NCBI RefSeq assembly: GCF_018977255.1
Contig: NW_024704742.1
Span: 43,338,001 to 43,402,000 of the forward strand
Source: Callorhinchus milii
Taxonomy: Eukaryota
Length of the DNA stretch: 64,000 nt
Direction: 5' to 3'
This document shows positions 27,066 to 39,110 of this stretch, one piece after another. The notes under the pieces are model-generated. The model was not told the DNA's origin. It did not search any database and saw nothing but the letters and a program-made list of their open reading frames with translations. Both the position numbers and the translations under genes were made by a program. Position 1 is the first letter of the stretch. Every line of letters starts with the position of its first letter.

Positions 27066-28252
27066 TAAGATATAAATGTATAAGCAAACATATGGAAATC
27101 CCTTTGTTTATATTTTGTACATAAACAGAGGTCAGACATTATTTGCATCACTTACCAAAGTCAGCACCAATCTTTGAGGAGATGCTATGGTCATCACCAG
27201 AGCTACTAACTATTTGTAAGATATTTCTGACATATTATATTTCCCCAGCAACAATAACATTCACTTATATAGTACCTTCAATAAAACAGAATTCACTTGT
27301 ATAGCACCTCAAAGCACTTTAAAGCATCTAAAGACTGCTGAATCTGCCTGTAGTTTTGAAAAGATGTTACAAATGAACAGAAGACAGTGCAGCAAGTTAT
27401 AAGAATGTAGTGGATTTAAGAACTTACTGCTCAGATTCAATTGCTATCTGTGCACAAAAGTTATGAACAGAAGGGTCACACTTGTACATAATACATTAAT
27501 AATATTACATTAATAAGTCAGATTAATGTATAATAATACATTAATAAGTCAGAAGTGTAACTTTGGGGATAAAATAAATAAACTGTGCAAAATATACGCG
27601 CAAAATTCTGAAGCCCTTTCTTTTGAGAAAAAAATCCTGTAAAAATATTAATCAGAATGTATTAACTGCTTGCTGATGGATGATGGTTAGTGTAGGCCCC
27701 CATTCGTGTACTTCTAAAAACCTTTAACAAAAGCGTTTATTTATTACTTGTCACTGAGCCATAAGCACGCATACAAGCTTATTTACAAGGGACAGACATA
27801 TCAGTTTGAAAAGAAAGTACAATTGTGAATAGCATCTTTTATCTCAAATGCTCTGCTGCTCCTTATTAATATAAATTTATCCGCTTGCAACTTTTGGAAA
27901 TATGCAGCTGCAAATCCAATTGCAATTTCTTATCTGTTCCTGCGTTTAGACTTCAGAGAAGAAGCTACCATCCTACAATAGCATTCAAGGCCATTGCATG
28001 CTGAACGGCTAGAAGAGGTCTCATTCACAGCAACTCATATATTGATAGGAACACTAATAAAAATAGCAATCTTCATTCAGTTCCAGTTTTTGTAAAACAT
28101 ATATAGTTCAAAGATTGGAGACCTTGACAGTAAAAGACAGACTGAAATGGAAGCTGGGAGAAAAATTAGAGATGCTATTTGACAATCAGCACTGCGAAAA
28201 GAACTTCAACTCAAATAAAATTCTCTCAGTAGAAATCACCTTCTCCACTAAC

Positions 28253-28700
28253 ATGCCTGAACAAAATGAACCTCATCTCATTTCTGTAGATATGCTGGCT
28301 GTGCTGGTTGATGCCCTACAAACAATATTAGGATGTCAAGAGAAAATTCAGGCTTTTCTTTAATAAATATGGAATCATTTGGCAGATAATCAACGCACCA
28401 TGATTGTGGTTTTGGCTCTCTACCCAGTGATGTGTTGGACTTCTAGGGTGAGTATGAACGCATCTCAACATCTGCTGGCTGATCAGGATTCTGCATCTGT
28501 AGATATCCACTTCCCTCAGGAAGCCACTTCATTTTCACAAACCCTGCAAGCAGCACCACCTTTGTGAGGCAGATGGTGGTTGAAACAACTTCCTTATCCT
28601 CTAATATGCCAATGTCGTCCCCTACTACAACAAACACTTCAACTTGTGAAATCAATTTGGGTAGGTGCTCTTCTTCAATAGAGCCAGTCAAAATGGAACA
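28253..28700 (+). pseudogene. Decayed ORF of unknown element, copy B
   Basis: MPEQNEPHLISVDMLAVLVDALQTILGCQEKIQAFL**IWNHLADNQRTMIVVLALYPVMCWTSRVSMNASQHLLADQDSASVDIHFP/GSHFIFTNPASSTTFVRQMVVETTSLSS; DNA-level match to copy C. Confidence 0.55.
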
Positions 28701-29439
28701 AAGAGAAATAGTAAGATGCAGAAGCAATGTTTTCACCTTCCAGCAATGGATTATCGTAGAATTTTTGGAATAACAAAGAAATGGTCAAGAGTAAAGAATT
28801 GCAAAAAAGTCGTCAAGAGTACACAGTAGTATCACAATGGACAGGATATCAGCAATGTAAACCTTTCTGCAGTTACACTGACTGCAATTCCTATATCTAT
28901 GAAATGCCCGTTGGGGAATGACACAATATCAAATGCATTATAATTAATTGGGGATACTATATTAAGGAAGTATTATCATTATGGCTAATGTAATGTGTCT
29001 ATTAGAGTAATTCATGCACAATTTTCACAACAACTCATCCACATAGGCCTGTTTATTGCAGTCAAATACAATATTGTTGCTGGGTTATGTGTGATATTGC
29101 TGTGTTTAGTGGGTTGCCCACAAAACACACCACCTCATAATATATTTTGTGAAGTGCTTTAAGGCATCTCAATGACATGATAAAGTGCTGTATCAAATGC
29201 AATTATTATTATTGATTCAAGAACAACAACAAATTACATTTGTATAGCACCTTTCATGTCAGGAAGCGCTGGATTTAGTTCAAATCTACAATAACTACTA
29301 AATATTAGCAGGTATTACTGAAATAATGTTGTTTTCAATTTGTGCACACTATGGACTTGGTTTGATTTAAATGGAAAACACTTTACTTTTCCAAAATTCC
29401 TCTTATTCTTCCTTAAGATTCCATACATATGATATGATA

Positions 29440-29810
29440 GTTTGACTCAGATGGTAACACAGTTGTCTCTGGGTCAGACATTTATGGGTTTTAGCACTTG
29501 AGCTGATCGTCTATCCTGACACTTTAGTAGAGTTCTCAAGGCAGTGCTGGATTGTCAGAGGTGCAGTCTTCTAGTTGAGTATTTAAACCAAGATATTATC
29601 TGCCTGTTTGGATGTGCAGTAAAGATCCAGTAACGCTACTCAAAAAGAGAAGGGAGTTTGTCCCATTGGCCTGACCAACAATCATCCCAATAAATTGGCC
29701 AATCACCCATTTATGGGACCCTACTGCTGAATTTGTTTACATAAACAGACATTACATTTGATAGTAATCACTTATGAAGTGCTGTATTTCAAAGTGATGA
29801 TGCTATAAAA
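29440..29810 (+). mobile_element. Deu-domain-type SINE, highly degenerate
   Basis: TTGACTCAGATGGT head; GTGCTGGATTGTCAGAGGTGC...CTGCCTGTT...AAAGATCC...GGCCTGACCAAC. Confidence 0.65.
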
Positions 29811-30164
29811 GTACATATTCTGTCTTGCTGCCTGAACACATGATGCACCATTCCACAGAATCCTGCACCTGATGTATCTGATACATTCTTACATCGGAAG
29901 TGGGGAGGAATATTTCATTCAAATCAATTTCTCACTTCACACTTGTTACCTATCAGACATATAAATAATGTATCATTACCTTAACTGCTCAACACAGGAA
30001 AATAAATTCTTCAGTGAGGTAATGTGTAGCAATTGCAATCAAGACATTTGAAATGCTAATTCAACCTGATTTCCACACCAAAACCAAAGCTTGAATACAA
30101 CAAATGGAAATGTCTACTAAATGGTGCAATCTGTTTGAGGACCCAGGTTCAATAAGGGCAAAGC

Positions 30165-30735
30165 CTTCCTTAGCTCAGTGGTTAGAGCAATCGCCTTGCA
30201 AGCGAGACACCTGGGTTAATTTCCAAGCAGGGCGAAACCTTGGGCAAGTTTCCTTACTCCACACACCTAATAATAATCCCTCAAAAAAACAATGATAAAT
30301 TGGTCATTTTCAATCTACGACTGTTTGTGGGACACTGCTGTGCACAATTGGCTGCAGCATTTCGCCCACAAATATAGTCAATTCACTTTACAGCATATTC
30401 TGTGAAGCACTTTGAGACATCTAGAAGACATGAAAAGCGCTATATCAAATGCAAGGATTATTATTAGTATTATTATTATTAATGCACACGCTTCTGTTTA
30501 CCTAACAATAAGTAAGAACCTGGTTGTTAATCACTTTTCGGAGCTAATAATCCTTCCAAAAAAAGAATTTGATGACTCAATCCATGACTGTTTGTGGGAC
30601 ACCGCTGTGCCTAATTGACTGCCGTGTTTCGCCCACAAAGTATATCCACTTTACAATAAATTCTGTGAAGCACTTTGAGGTGTCTCACCAACGTGATAAG
30701 GTGTTATATCAAATGCAAGGATTATTATTATTATA
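30165..30735 (+). mobile_element. Two head-to-tail tRNA-SINE copies (30165-30480 short variant; 30485-30735 headless long variant)
   Basis: Two successive bodies, each ending ATCAAATGCAAGGATTATT. Confidence 0.88.
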
Positions 30736-31099
30736 AGACTCAAACTATGCAATAAGTACCCTGACAATTACATTTCATATTTTATTCAAATAAAATTTAG
30801 AGCTGAGTACAGCTGTCCTACAGTAAATTAGGGTGAATCTAATTTGGTTTCTTGGCATCTATTTCAATCATAGAATACTCCCATTGAGAAAGAACTGTTA
30901 TAACAAAATGTTTCACTATGTTTCACATATGAATCAGTATTGAAAATAAAAATATGCCTTTACAAGTTTCAATGCTAGTGACCCTTTACATTTTGTGAAC
31001 AAAAAATATTTGGAGCTGGGGGCAATTAAGTAAATACTTGAGGAAAATGGAAAATACATGAAGAAAATAATCTAGTATAGAAGAGTATAGAAGAAGAGA

Positions 31100-31215
31100 A
31101 AGAGCAAGGGAATGGGATTAGAGTAGATAGACATAGTGGGGGAGCTAGCACCAGCACAGATACGATGGGCCAAATGGCCTCCTTCTTTCTACACTGTAAA
31201 CTTTTATGATTCTAT
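31100..31215 (+). mobile_element. CR1 LINE 3' UTR end
   Basis: GAGCTAGCACCAGCACAGATACGATGGGCCAAATGGCCTCCTTC...CTGTAAAC..TATGATTCTA, typical CR1 3' terminus. Confidence 0.75.
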
Positions 31216-32626
31216 TAAAGGACCATGAGATGGTCTCTGGAGATCATATAAGATGAATGTGAGTGCTGAATGTGAGTGCAAATTTGCACGTGCCTGGGAT
31301 ATGCTTCTATCCACATTACTTCTTTACTCTACCTTTTCTGTCGTGCTGCAAACTTGTTTTCACTCAACTGGACACACTGTACTCCCTGGCCTGTACAACC
31401 CTGGAGGGATTGTCTTTAGTATTGAGAGCTAGCATTTTATTCATACTCTGCTGTGTTGGATTACCATTATGTTTGGTCAGTGATTTGTTTTCTCCCTTCT
31501 AGGCTTCAAATAGATCAGGTAGTCAATCAGGAAACAGGGAGAGCTATACACTCCCAAGATTAGCACAGCATCAATAAAAACTGCTTCTGTCCTAACCTCT
31601 CCTTCACATCAGCCTAAGGTTAGCTTCCACATGAACGACTACAGTGGATGATAGGATTCTGTAATCTCTCCTTCTAAAATGATTATGTTGACAAATATTT
31701 AGCCCTTGAAAGCCCCTGTTCGAGCTGTTGCTGTACGATTTTAAGCAGCACACAAAAAACAGAATTTCAATTGTTCACATTTGCTCAGAAAAGAATATTC
31801 TGCCAGTTTTGATTGACAAAAAGATTAAATGTTCCTTTTCAAAGCTGATTTCCTAATAATAATGATATGGTTCTATTCTGCTGGAACAAATTAGCTCTGC
31901 AGGGTGACAGCTGCGGCAGACAATGAATTAAAAATGGCTCTATATATGGGAAAATAGTTCTATAATCGGAGTTATTCTTGGAAAGAACATTGACCTGTCT
32001 GTGCTCCCACGTTCCTCGGGTTCTATGAATGACGTCCACAAATGAGGTAGAAACTCCCATTACATCATCAGTGTTTGATCCTCTGCAGCACAGTAAGGCG
32101 ATCACATTGCTCACACAAATGCTGCAGGGATGACTCACTATCTTTTACACCAGGGACTACGTGTACAAATAGAGCTTTGCAGAAAGAATTTCAAACATCC
32201 ACAAGGAAATTTCCAACCTTCATTTAGTCAAAGGAGATTGATAGGACCTGCTTCAAATGAGCTTTGAGTGACCATTTAGAAAAAAAATTCTCATGCACTT
32301 GGCATCATTCCTAGGTCATAAGACAGTTTGTGTAGAAACATTATACCAGATTTCTTGTACAGTCATGACTCACATGGAAGTGGCACATGTCTAAGAAGTA
32401 TTTTTGGATTGTAAGCAGTAGCTGCTGTCCTTATACAGTCTTAATTTAAAATGCCAGTTAGTTTTACAACCATTCAACTATCGGTCTTGGCTCCAATAAA
32501 TCTTGTTGAAAATGAATCCATGCAATCCTTTCAGATTAGAGTACACCATTCACAAAGATATACATATGAAAATTCCATTATGAAATCAAACTTGATTTGT
32601 AGGAATTTATCAGTATACTTATGCAC

Positions 32627-33525
32627 TACAACAACAACAACAAGATTCCATTTATTGAGCGCCTTTCACGTCAGGAGGACGTCCCAAGGCGCTGTACACT
32701 TGGGTCAGGACCCGAGCAAGGGGGAAATGGTCAGGGGAGGGAAGGGAGGGAGCGAGGAGCGGATAGAGAGTCGAGAGGGAGCTGAAGGCACGGTCAAAGA
32801 GAAAGGTCTTCAGTCCAGCCTTGAAGGAGGAAAGGGAGGAGGCGGCGAAGGCACTGGGGGATAGAGTTCCAGAGCCTAGGGTCTGAGAGGCTGAAGGCCC
32901 GGCCACCGATGGTAGGGCGGTTAGGGCGGGGGATGTGGAGCAGACCAGAGCCAGAGGAACGGAGGGTACGGGCAGGTAGGTAGGGGGATAGTAGGTCGGA
33001 GAGGTAGGAGGGGGCAAGGCCGTGAATGGCCTTGTAGGTGAGGATGAGGATCTTGAATTCGATCCTCTGGGGGATGGGAAGCCAGTGGAGGCGAGCGAGG
33101 GTGGGAGTGATGTGGTCCCGAAGCCTGGTGCGGGACAGTACACGAGCTGCAGAGTTCTGAATGACCTGCAGCTTGTGGAGGGAGGTGCCGGGAAGGCCGG
33201 CGAGGAGAGAGTTCCCATAGTCCAGCCTTGAGGTGATAAAGGCGTGGACTAGAGTTTCAGCAGCGTGAGGGATGAGGTAGTGCCGTAGTCTGGCGACATT
33301 CCGGAGGTGATGGAAGGCGGTGCCAGTTGTGGCGCGGATATGAGGGAGAAAGGACAGCTCAGGGTCGAACAGAACCCCGAGGTTCCAGACCGGCTTTGAG
33401 AGGTGGAGAGTGCAGCCTTGGATGCTGATGCTGTCAGCCCTGAGGTGCGGAGGCGCTGACGCGAGCCAATCAGGAGGGCCTCAGTTTTACGCACGTTGAG
33501 CTGAAGAAAGTTGTCTCTCGTCCAC
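32627..33525 (-). mobile_element. Young 5'-truncated L2 LINE (~0.9 kb)
   Basis: WTRDNFLQLNVRKTEALLIG at the 5' end; CpG-rich and little decayed; tail GGGACGTCCTCCTGACGTGAAAGGCGCT...(TTG)n. Confidence 0.95.
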
Positions 33526-33538
33526 TAATACGTAGTGG

Positions 33539-33948
33539 TGTCACCTTGGCTCAGTTTGTAGCACTCCCACCTCTGAGTCAGACAGCTGTGGGTTCAAGCC
33601 CTATGTTGGAACTTGGTCTTACATTCTCGGCTAACACTTCAAAGCTGTGCTGGGTCTGTGCTGCATTGTTGGAGGGACCATCCTACAGATGAGACATTAA
33701 AATGAGGTCCCACCTGCCTGTTCAGGTGGATAGCAAAGATCCCAAGACACTATACAAAAAATGAAGGGAGTTTCTTCCAGTGTCCTGGCTAACAATCCCC
33801 CAAATAACATTGGTCATTTGTGGGACATCGCTATGTGCACATTTACCTACAAATTGAGTCACTACACCTTACCGTGAATCCTGTCATGTGCTTTGAGATG
33901 TCCTCCTGATGTGAAAGGTGCTATATCGAATGCAAGGGTTGTTATTGT
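33539..33948 (+). mobile_element. Deu-domain-type tRNA SINE, full length
   Basis: TTGGCTCAGTTTGTAGCACTC..CCTCTGAGTCAGA...GGGTTCAAGCCC; GATGAGACATTAAAATGAGGTCCC..CTGCCTGTTCAGGTGGAT..AAAGATCCC; L2 tail. Confidence 0.85.
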
Positions 33949-34914
33949 GCACCATGTGTCAAAACATGTTACTGCTCACAAATTCTACAATATCTTTTTA
34001 AATAACAAGTTTATTCAAAGGAAAATCCTTAACCTTGAAATAGTAACAGTAGGATACCTAAAATGCAATGAAAGTAGTGAAAATATGGTTTTATAAAATC
34101 ATAGTCAGTTTGTGAACCTAATTTACACAGGCTTTTCCGCTCTCAGCCATGCAATATGGTTAGCAGGTCAAATCAGAGATTCCATCCATCTAATCTCAAA
34201 TAGAAAAACACTAATACACTGAGAAGCTTGTAAGGTCAGTATACACAGGGGATTAAAAAAGAGCCATTGCATATACGAGAACTAGTCAGTCAAATTAAAT
34301 CTGCTGCGAACATTGCAAGATAAATATTATTCATACATCAGACATATAAATTACAGATAACAATGTTGAAACATTTTAAAAATTGCACGTTAGGTTCGTT
34401 CCCTACACACAAAGGTAGACATTCCAGTGACGAAGCCTAAGTAAACTTAGTACATATTATCCTATTTTTTAAAGACAGATTGCTGTGCAGTGAAAAATCT
34501 CAGGATGAGAAAAGTCATAGGCTAGAGAGTCAATCAGAGCACGAGTTTCTTAAGCCATCTCAAACTGCATTGAGCCCTATCAGCCAGTACAGGGGGAATG
34601 ACTTATGCAGCCTTGTTGTTAGAAAAATCAAATACATCTCGTCAAGGCCGTTTTGGGATCCACACTCAGTTATGAGAAAATTATACCAGCCATTGGCCAT
34701 TTTCTCCTTTACTCTGTTTCATGCATCATTCTGTGTGCATAGGGCACCATAACACTCGCATATTGACAAACAAATAAAAAATCTCTCTCTCACTCTCCAA
34801 ACTCACACTGAAGACAACAACTTAAAAGTTAGTAAAATTCAGGATGCATTTATTTCATGACAGAATCTCAAAATTTAGCAGGGTGTCTTTTGTGCAATCC
34901 ATGTACATCATAAT

Positions 34915-35150
34915 ATAATAATCCTTGCATTTGATATAGTGCTTCACAGAATATTCTGTAAAGTGAATTGACTGTATATTTTGTGGGCAAAATGTGACAG
35001 CCAATTGTGCACAGCAGTGTGCCACAAGCAGTCGTGGATTAAGTGACCAATTTTTAAGGGATTATTACCCCTGGAAACCAATCCAGCAATCAACTGGGTT
35101 CCTACTTAGTGCTAGGTAAACAGAAATGTGTGGAGTAAGGAAACTTGCCC
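34915..35150 (-). mobile_element. tRNA-SINE lacking head
   Basis: Reverse tail and body through GGAGTAAGGAAACTTGCCC. Confidence 0.85.
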
Positions 35151-35380
35151 TGTCTGGGTACATGCCATCAACTCCTTCGAAAATTTAAACTTCCGCTTGA
35201 ACCATTGTGACAAGTTAAAGTCATCATCAACACCTTGGAATTAAATAAACAGTCAGCACATGATTAATAACTCTGTTAAGGGTGAAACACATCATTTTTT
35301 AGACTTCTATAGCACATGCAGTATCTTCACTTAACAAAGCATCACCGCATTAATCGTTGTGATTTGAAACAAATTCATTA

Positions 35381-35461
35381 CTTCAAATGTGCCTATTACT
35401 ACAAAAGCTTCAAACATGCCTATTACTACAAAAGTGTCAAACATGCTTATTACTACAAAAG
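35381..35461. repeat. 27-bp tandem repeat x3
   Basis: CTTCAAATGTGCCTATTACTACAAAAG / CTTCAAACATGCCTATTACTACAAAAG / TGTCAAACATGCTTATTACTACAAAAG. Confidence 0.95.
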
Positions 35462-36149
35462 AATCTATCCGTTATTCCAATTTAGAGAAGTACTAAATTA
35501 AGCTGATTTACCAAGAAATTACAACAAGCAAAGGTGGAAGTCAATTTTGCATGCTTGATTTTTCTTCTGTCTATTTGGATACAAATTAATACCCATCGTT
35601 TTATATCAAGCAATGGTTGTGTTTTTTAAGATTTGAAAGTAAAGGTGAACATATGTTGCAAGTAGATTTTATTTTCTTAATTATTAATTTTGCTTTCTTA
35701 ATTTGTCAGCAAAAACAATAATTTGCAGTTATATAGCGCCCTTCATACGAGTAGTGTCTCAAAGCACTTAACAGTGGTGTGGTTTGATGCCGAGCTGTAA
35801 AGAGAGGAGATTGCCATTGTCATTGGTCTGATAAGGTCATAAAAGGGGCCTCTTCCAGCACTTGGGAGTATCTCTGAGTAGGAACTGACTTTGAGAGATT
35901 TCAAGTAAAGGAATACAAAACAAAGAACTAAGAGGTAATTCACATTGTTTCTGCCAGTGTCAGTGTCATATGATCTTTCCTCAAGAAGCTTTTAAACTCA
36001 CTTATCAGTTTACAAGAATTAAAAGCAAGGCAAGTCTCAGCGTGCGCACTTTGGCTGCCGCCACCGACCCGAGCTGCTTCCCCAACATGCTCCCGCCCCC
36101 GTCCTCTACCCTCCATTACTCCCGCTTGGTCCCCCTCTCTCACCACTCT

Positions 36150-36340
36150 CCCGACTCCTATTCCTGCTCGACCCATCTCAAGGCTCTCTTCTTCAACCGT
36201 GCCTTTAATCTCCCTGCTTCCTCCTCTGCCCTCCACCCTCCCCATTCCCGACCCCCAGCTCGGGTCCGAAACTCTGACAGTCTAGCGCCTTGGGACGTTC
36301 TCCCGCCATGAAAGGTACTGTACAAATGTAACATTGTTGC
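36150..36340 (+). mobile_element. L2 LINE 3' end
   Basis: ACCCATCTCAAGGCTCTCTTCTTC...GCGCCTTGGGACGTTCTCCCG; matches other L2 ends. Confidence 0.85.
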
Positions 36341-36776
36341 TGTATTTAATATGCAAACGCACCAGAAAATAGGAACAAGTAATGAAAGGAAAAGACTGCT
36401 ATATCATACACATGCTACTTTTGCAGGCTAATGGTAAAGAATTGATATACTTAACGGGTATTATAATCCAAGTGTTAAATTAAATCTGATTTCCAATGGT
36501 TTAGTGCAGAAGAAAACAAGTAGAACCTGTTCAGGTTCTGAATGACATGAAGAAATTGCGAAGTGTTCTTTTTGTGTTCAACTGAAGTGACCTATGAAGT
36601 TGTATCCAGGTGGATATGAAATGCAACATTAATTAGGGGTTCACTTGAGGACTGCTTCTTGGAATGTGCAAGGTTCTGTGGCAATTCTGTCTTGCTCACA
36701 ACATTTGTTTCTTGATACTCCCTCCTCCCCCCCACCGAGCCCCCACCCAAAATATTGCAATGTTCTCCCTTTTTGT

Positions 36777-36915
36777 GGAGTCCCATGGTGCAGGGGTTAG
36801 CATGCTTGCCTTGCAAGCGAGAGGACCTGGGTTCGACTACCGGGAGCGGGGTTCTTTGATCCTTCTCAACGATGTGATAAGGGGCTATATCAAATGCAAG
36901 GATCATTATTATTTT
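36777..36915 (+). mobile_element. Internally deleted tRNA-SINE (head joined to tail)
   Basis: GGAGTCCC..GGTGCAG..GTTAG...CCTTGCAAGCGAGAGGACCTGGGTTCGA joined to GTGATAAGG.GCTATATCAAATGCAAGGAT. Confidence 0.8.
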
Positions 36916-36939
36916 ATTTGCTTCTACGTGGAAGGTGAA

Positions 36940-37270
36940 GGCACTCCACTTGCCACCTGCTGCTCCCCAGGCACTTGCTCCACAGTATGCCCATTTTGAG
37001 TGGCTCCAGTGAAGGATCTGCTGCTGTTGGTTTACATAAATGAAGGTGTTTGCTCCTGTCAGGGATGACATTGACGTATTAGAGGAGAAGGAAGCTGTTC
37101 CAATGGCCATCTGCCTCACAAAGGTTATGGTACTAGCAGGGTCAGTGAAAATAAAGTATCTCCCTGGAGGAAAGTAGATATTTGCAGATGTTGAATTCTG
37201 ATCAGCCAGCCAGAAGCACATTCGGGGACTCACCATACATAGCACTTAACTGGGTTGGATATCAAAACCA
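36940..37270 (-). pseudogene. Decayed ORF of unknown element, copy C
   Basis: WLADQNSTSANIYFPPGRYFIFTDPASTITFVRQMAIGTASFSSNTSMSS; DNA GCTGGCTGATCAG...CCTTTGTGAGGCAGATGG shared with copy B. Confidence 0.55.
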
Positions 37271-37607
37271 GATTAGCAATACAGCAAAACTTGCACAAGT
37301 CTGATCTGTATAAATTGCATAATCGCCTAAATCGTACATCTGCCCAAGTCTTGTTGAATTTTCTATTATTAATAAGTTTCACATAACTCATACTTCGCTT
37401 AAGCCATATTAAATGTATAGTGCCAATTGATACGACTTATGTGAGGTTTACTGTATAATAGTTATTGTCAAATTATTCCAGACGTATTGAAGAAAATCTT
37501 TCTTGATATCCTAAAATCCTTCAGTGCATGTCAAGTAACCAGACCAGCACATCTACAAAGAGCAAAATCTGAGGCTCATTTTGGTTGAGCATGTAGTGCA
37601 GATAAGT

Positions 37608-37849
37608 GGGTAGAAATTTCACCTGGCTCTCGACTTGCTCTATTAACATAGCAGTTCAGATCTTTCAAAATTTGTCAATTTCAAAACTACTATGTTTAAT
37701 TTTTAAGTCAGTTTTCTGTAAGTTATTTTAAGAACTACAGAAAATAGGTGTCAAAGTTTTTAAAAAAGTTAAAACCAAAGTGAACGACTTGCAAAATTCT
37801 GAAATGTTACATTAATAGAGTAAATCTAGACCCGGTGGTATTTTACCCC
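37608..37849. mobile_element. MITE / non-autonomous DNA transposon with imperfect ~38-bp TIRs
   Basis: Left GGGTAGAAATTTCACCTGGCTCTCGACTTGCTCTATTAA vs right rc GGGGTAAAATACCACCGGGTCTAGATTTACTCTATTAA; related ends at ~24409, ~14735, ~20524. Confidence 0.65.
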
Positions 37850-38419
37850 AGAGATGTTCTCTGTGACAAATGCTTCCAAAGAAGTTTAAATTTAGTATGA
37901 ATAATGCCAGGCAAACAAAGTTTTTAAAAAAACAGTCCAAACGTACTACTATGATCTTTTACCCTTACATTTTAAGATCTCAGAATTTTATTTAAACAAC
38001 ACCAGAGGGGAATGCATGTAGTATTGTAATTATAATATTTCTTTATCGAAAATCCTTTCACTGTACATTTAAAACAATGAACTAACTGGATTGTCTTATC
38101 CTTCAAGGAGCATGTTGTATGAACCTTAGGATTATACTATTTGGCCTGTACAACTGTATTGTCATAAGGTGTATATGGCCCTGACACATGCCCTGATAAA
38201 AAAAACGTTTTATTTAATCCCCAAATTGTGTGACCCATCTTAAATTACCGTTAATAACGCATTGCACAAACATTTAGCTCCACCGATTGTTCAAATTAAT
38301 TCCATAGGGAATCAGAGCTTCATTATTCTAAGGAAATTCATGCAGCTGGTATTTTTATTCAAAAATGAAAATGAAGGAACCATAGTCTACTAATTTAAAG
38401 GATCACTTGTTCTCATTTT

Positions 38420-39110
38420 TAAAGGGTCAGTGTTTTACAAATTAATTGAATAGCAATCAACCATTATGGATTTAATGGAATTATATGAGGATGAACTGCA
38501 ATGGTGCATGAAAGCTCTCCAGCAGGTAAAATTTACTTGGATATTCAGAAGACATTTCATAAAGTTCAACATGTGAGACTTTTAAAAAGTTTCAACTCAA
38601 GGAATTAATGGAAAATTAGACTATGAAGATGTGGTTTAACAACTGGGAGTGGAAAGTGTTGTTAAATACGAAAGGCTCAGTTTGAGGGGCACTGACTAGC
38701 AGAGCTCTGAAGGGTTGATCTGGGTCCCTGCTTTTCACACTATTCATAAATAATTTGGAAGCGAGAATGTATTTTAATATTATAAAATTTCTCATGTTGA
38801 CATGCTGTGAGGACAGGTGAATATTATTATAATTTTAGAAGGATGAACGGCATATAAAAAGATTTGTTAGCAGAAGTATAGAAGGAAACAGATTTGATGT
38901 GATGTTTGATCATTTGTTGAAGGTTTTCTGATAACATGAAGCTGCTGTCAACAGTCACTCAAATGCAAGGTTGCATCTTGACTTCATAGAAATTATTGTA
39001 CGTTTACATTGATCCCTGCAGAGGTCAAATATGGAATATTGTGAGCAAATGTAGGCACCCTAGCTGCTTAAAGGCATTGAAAGATTAGAGAATGTTCATT
39101 TAACAACAAT
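38420..39110 (+). mobile_element. CR1 LINE RT relic (very degenerate)
   Basis: TACTTGGATATTCAGAAGACATTTCATAAAGTT (YLDFQKAFDKV-like), CTGGGTCCCTGCTTTTCAC.CTATTCATAAATAAT (LGP.LF.IFINDL-like). Confidence 0.7.

Noticed and set aside
28140-28185. EAGRKIRDAI peptide as a Harbinger transposase C-terminus
   Set aside because: No upstream LHN or DDE motifs could be found. The match is too short.
35381-35461. Three 27-bp repeats as a CRISPR-like array
   Set aside because: Units are directly adjacent with no spacers, and the context is eukaryotic. This is a simple minisatellite.
36592-37245. 217-aa ORF as a real gene
   Set aside because: It is a chimera of the unknown-element relic, an antisense SINE and flanking sequence.
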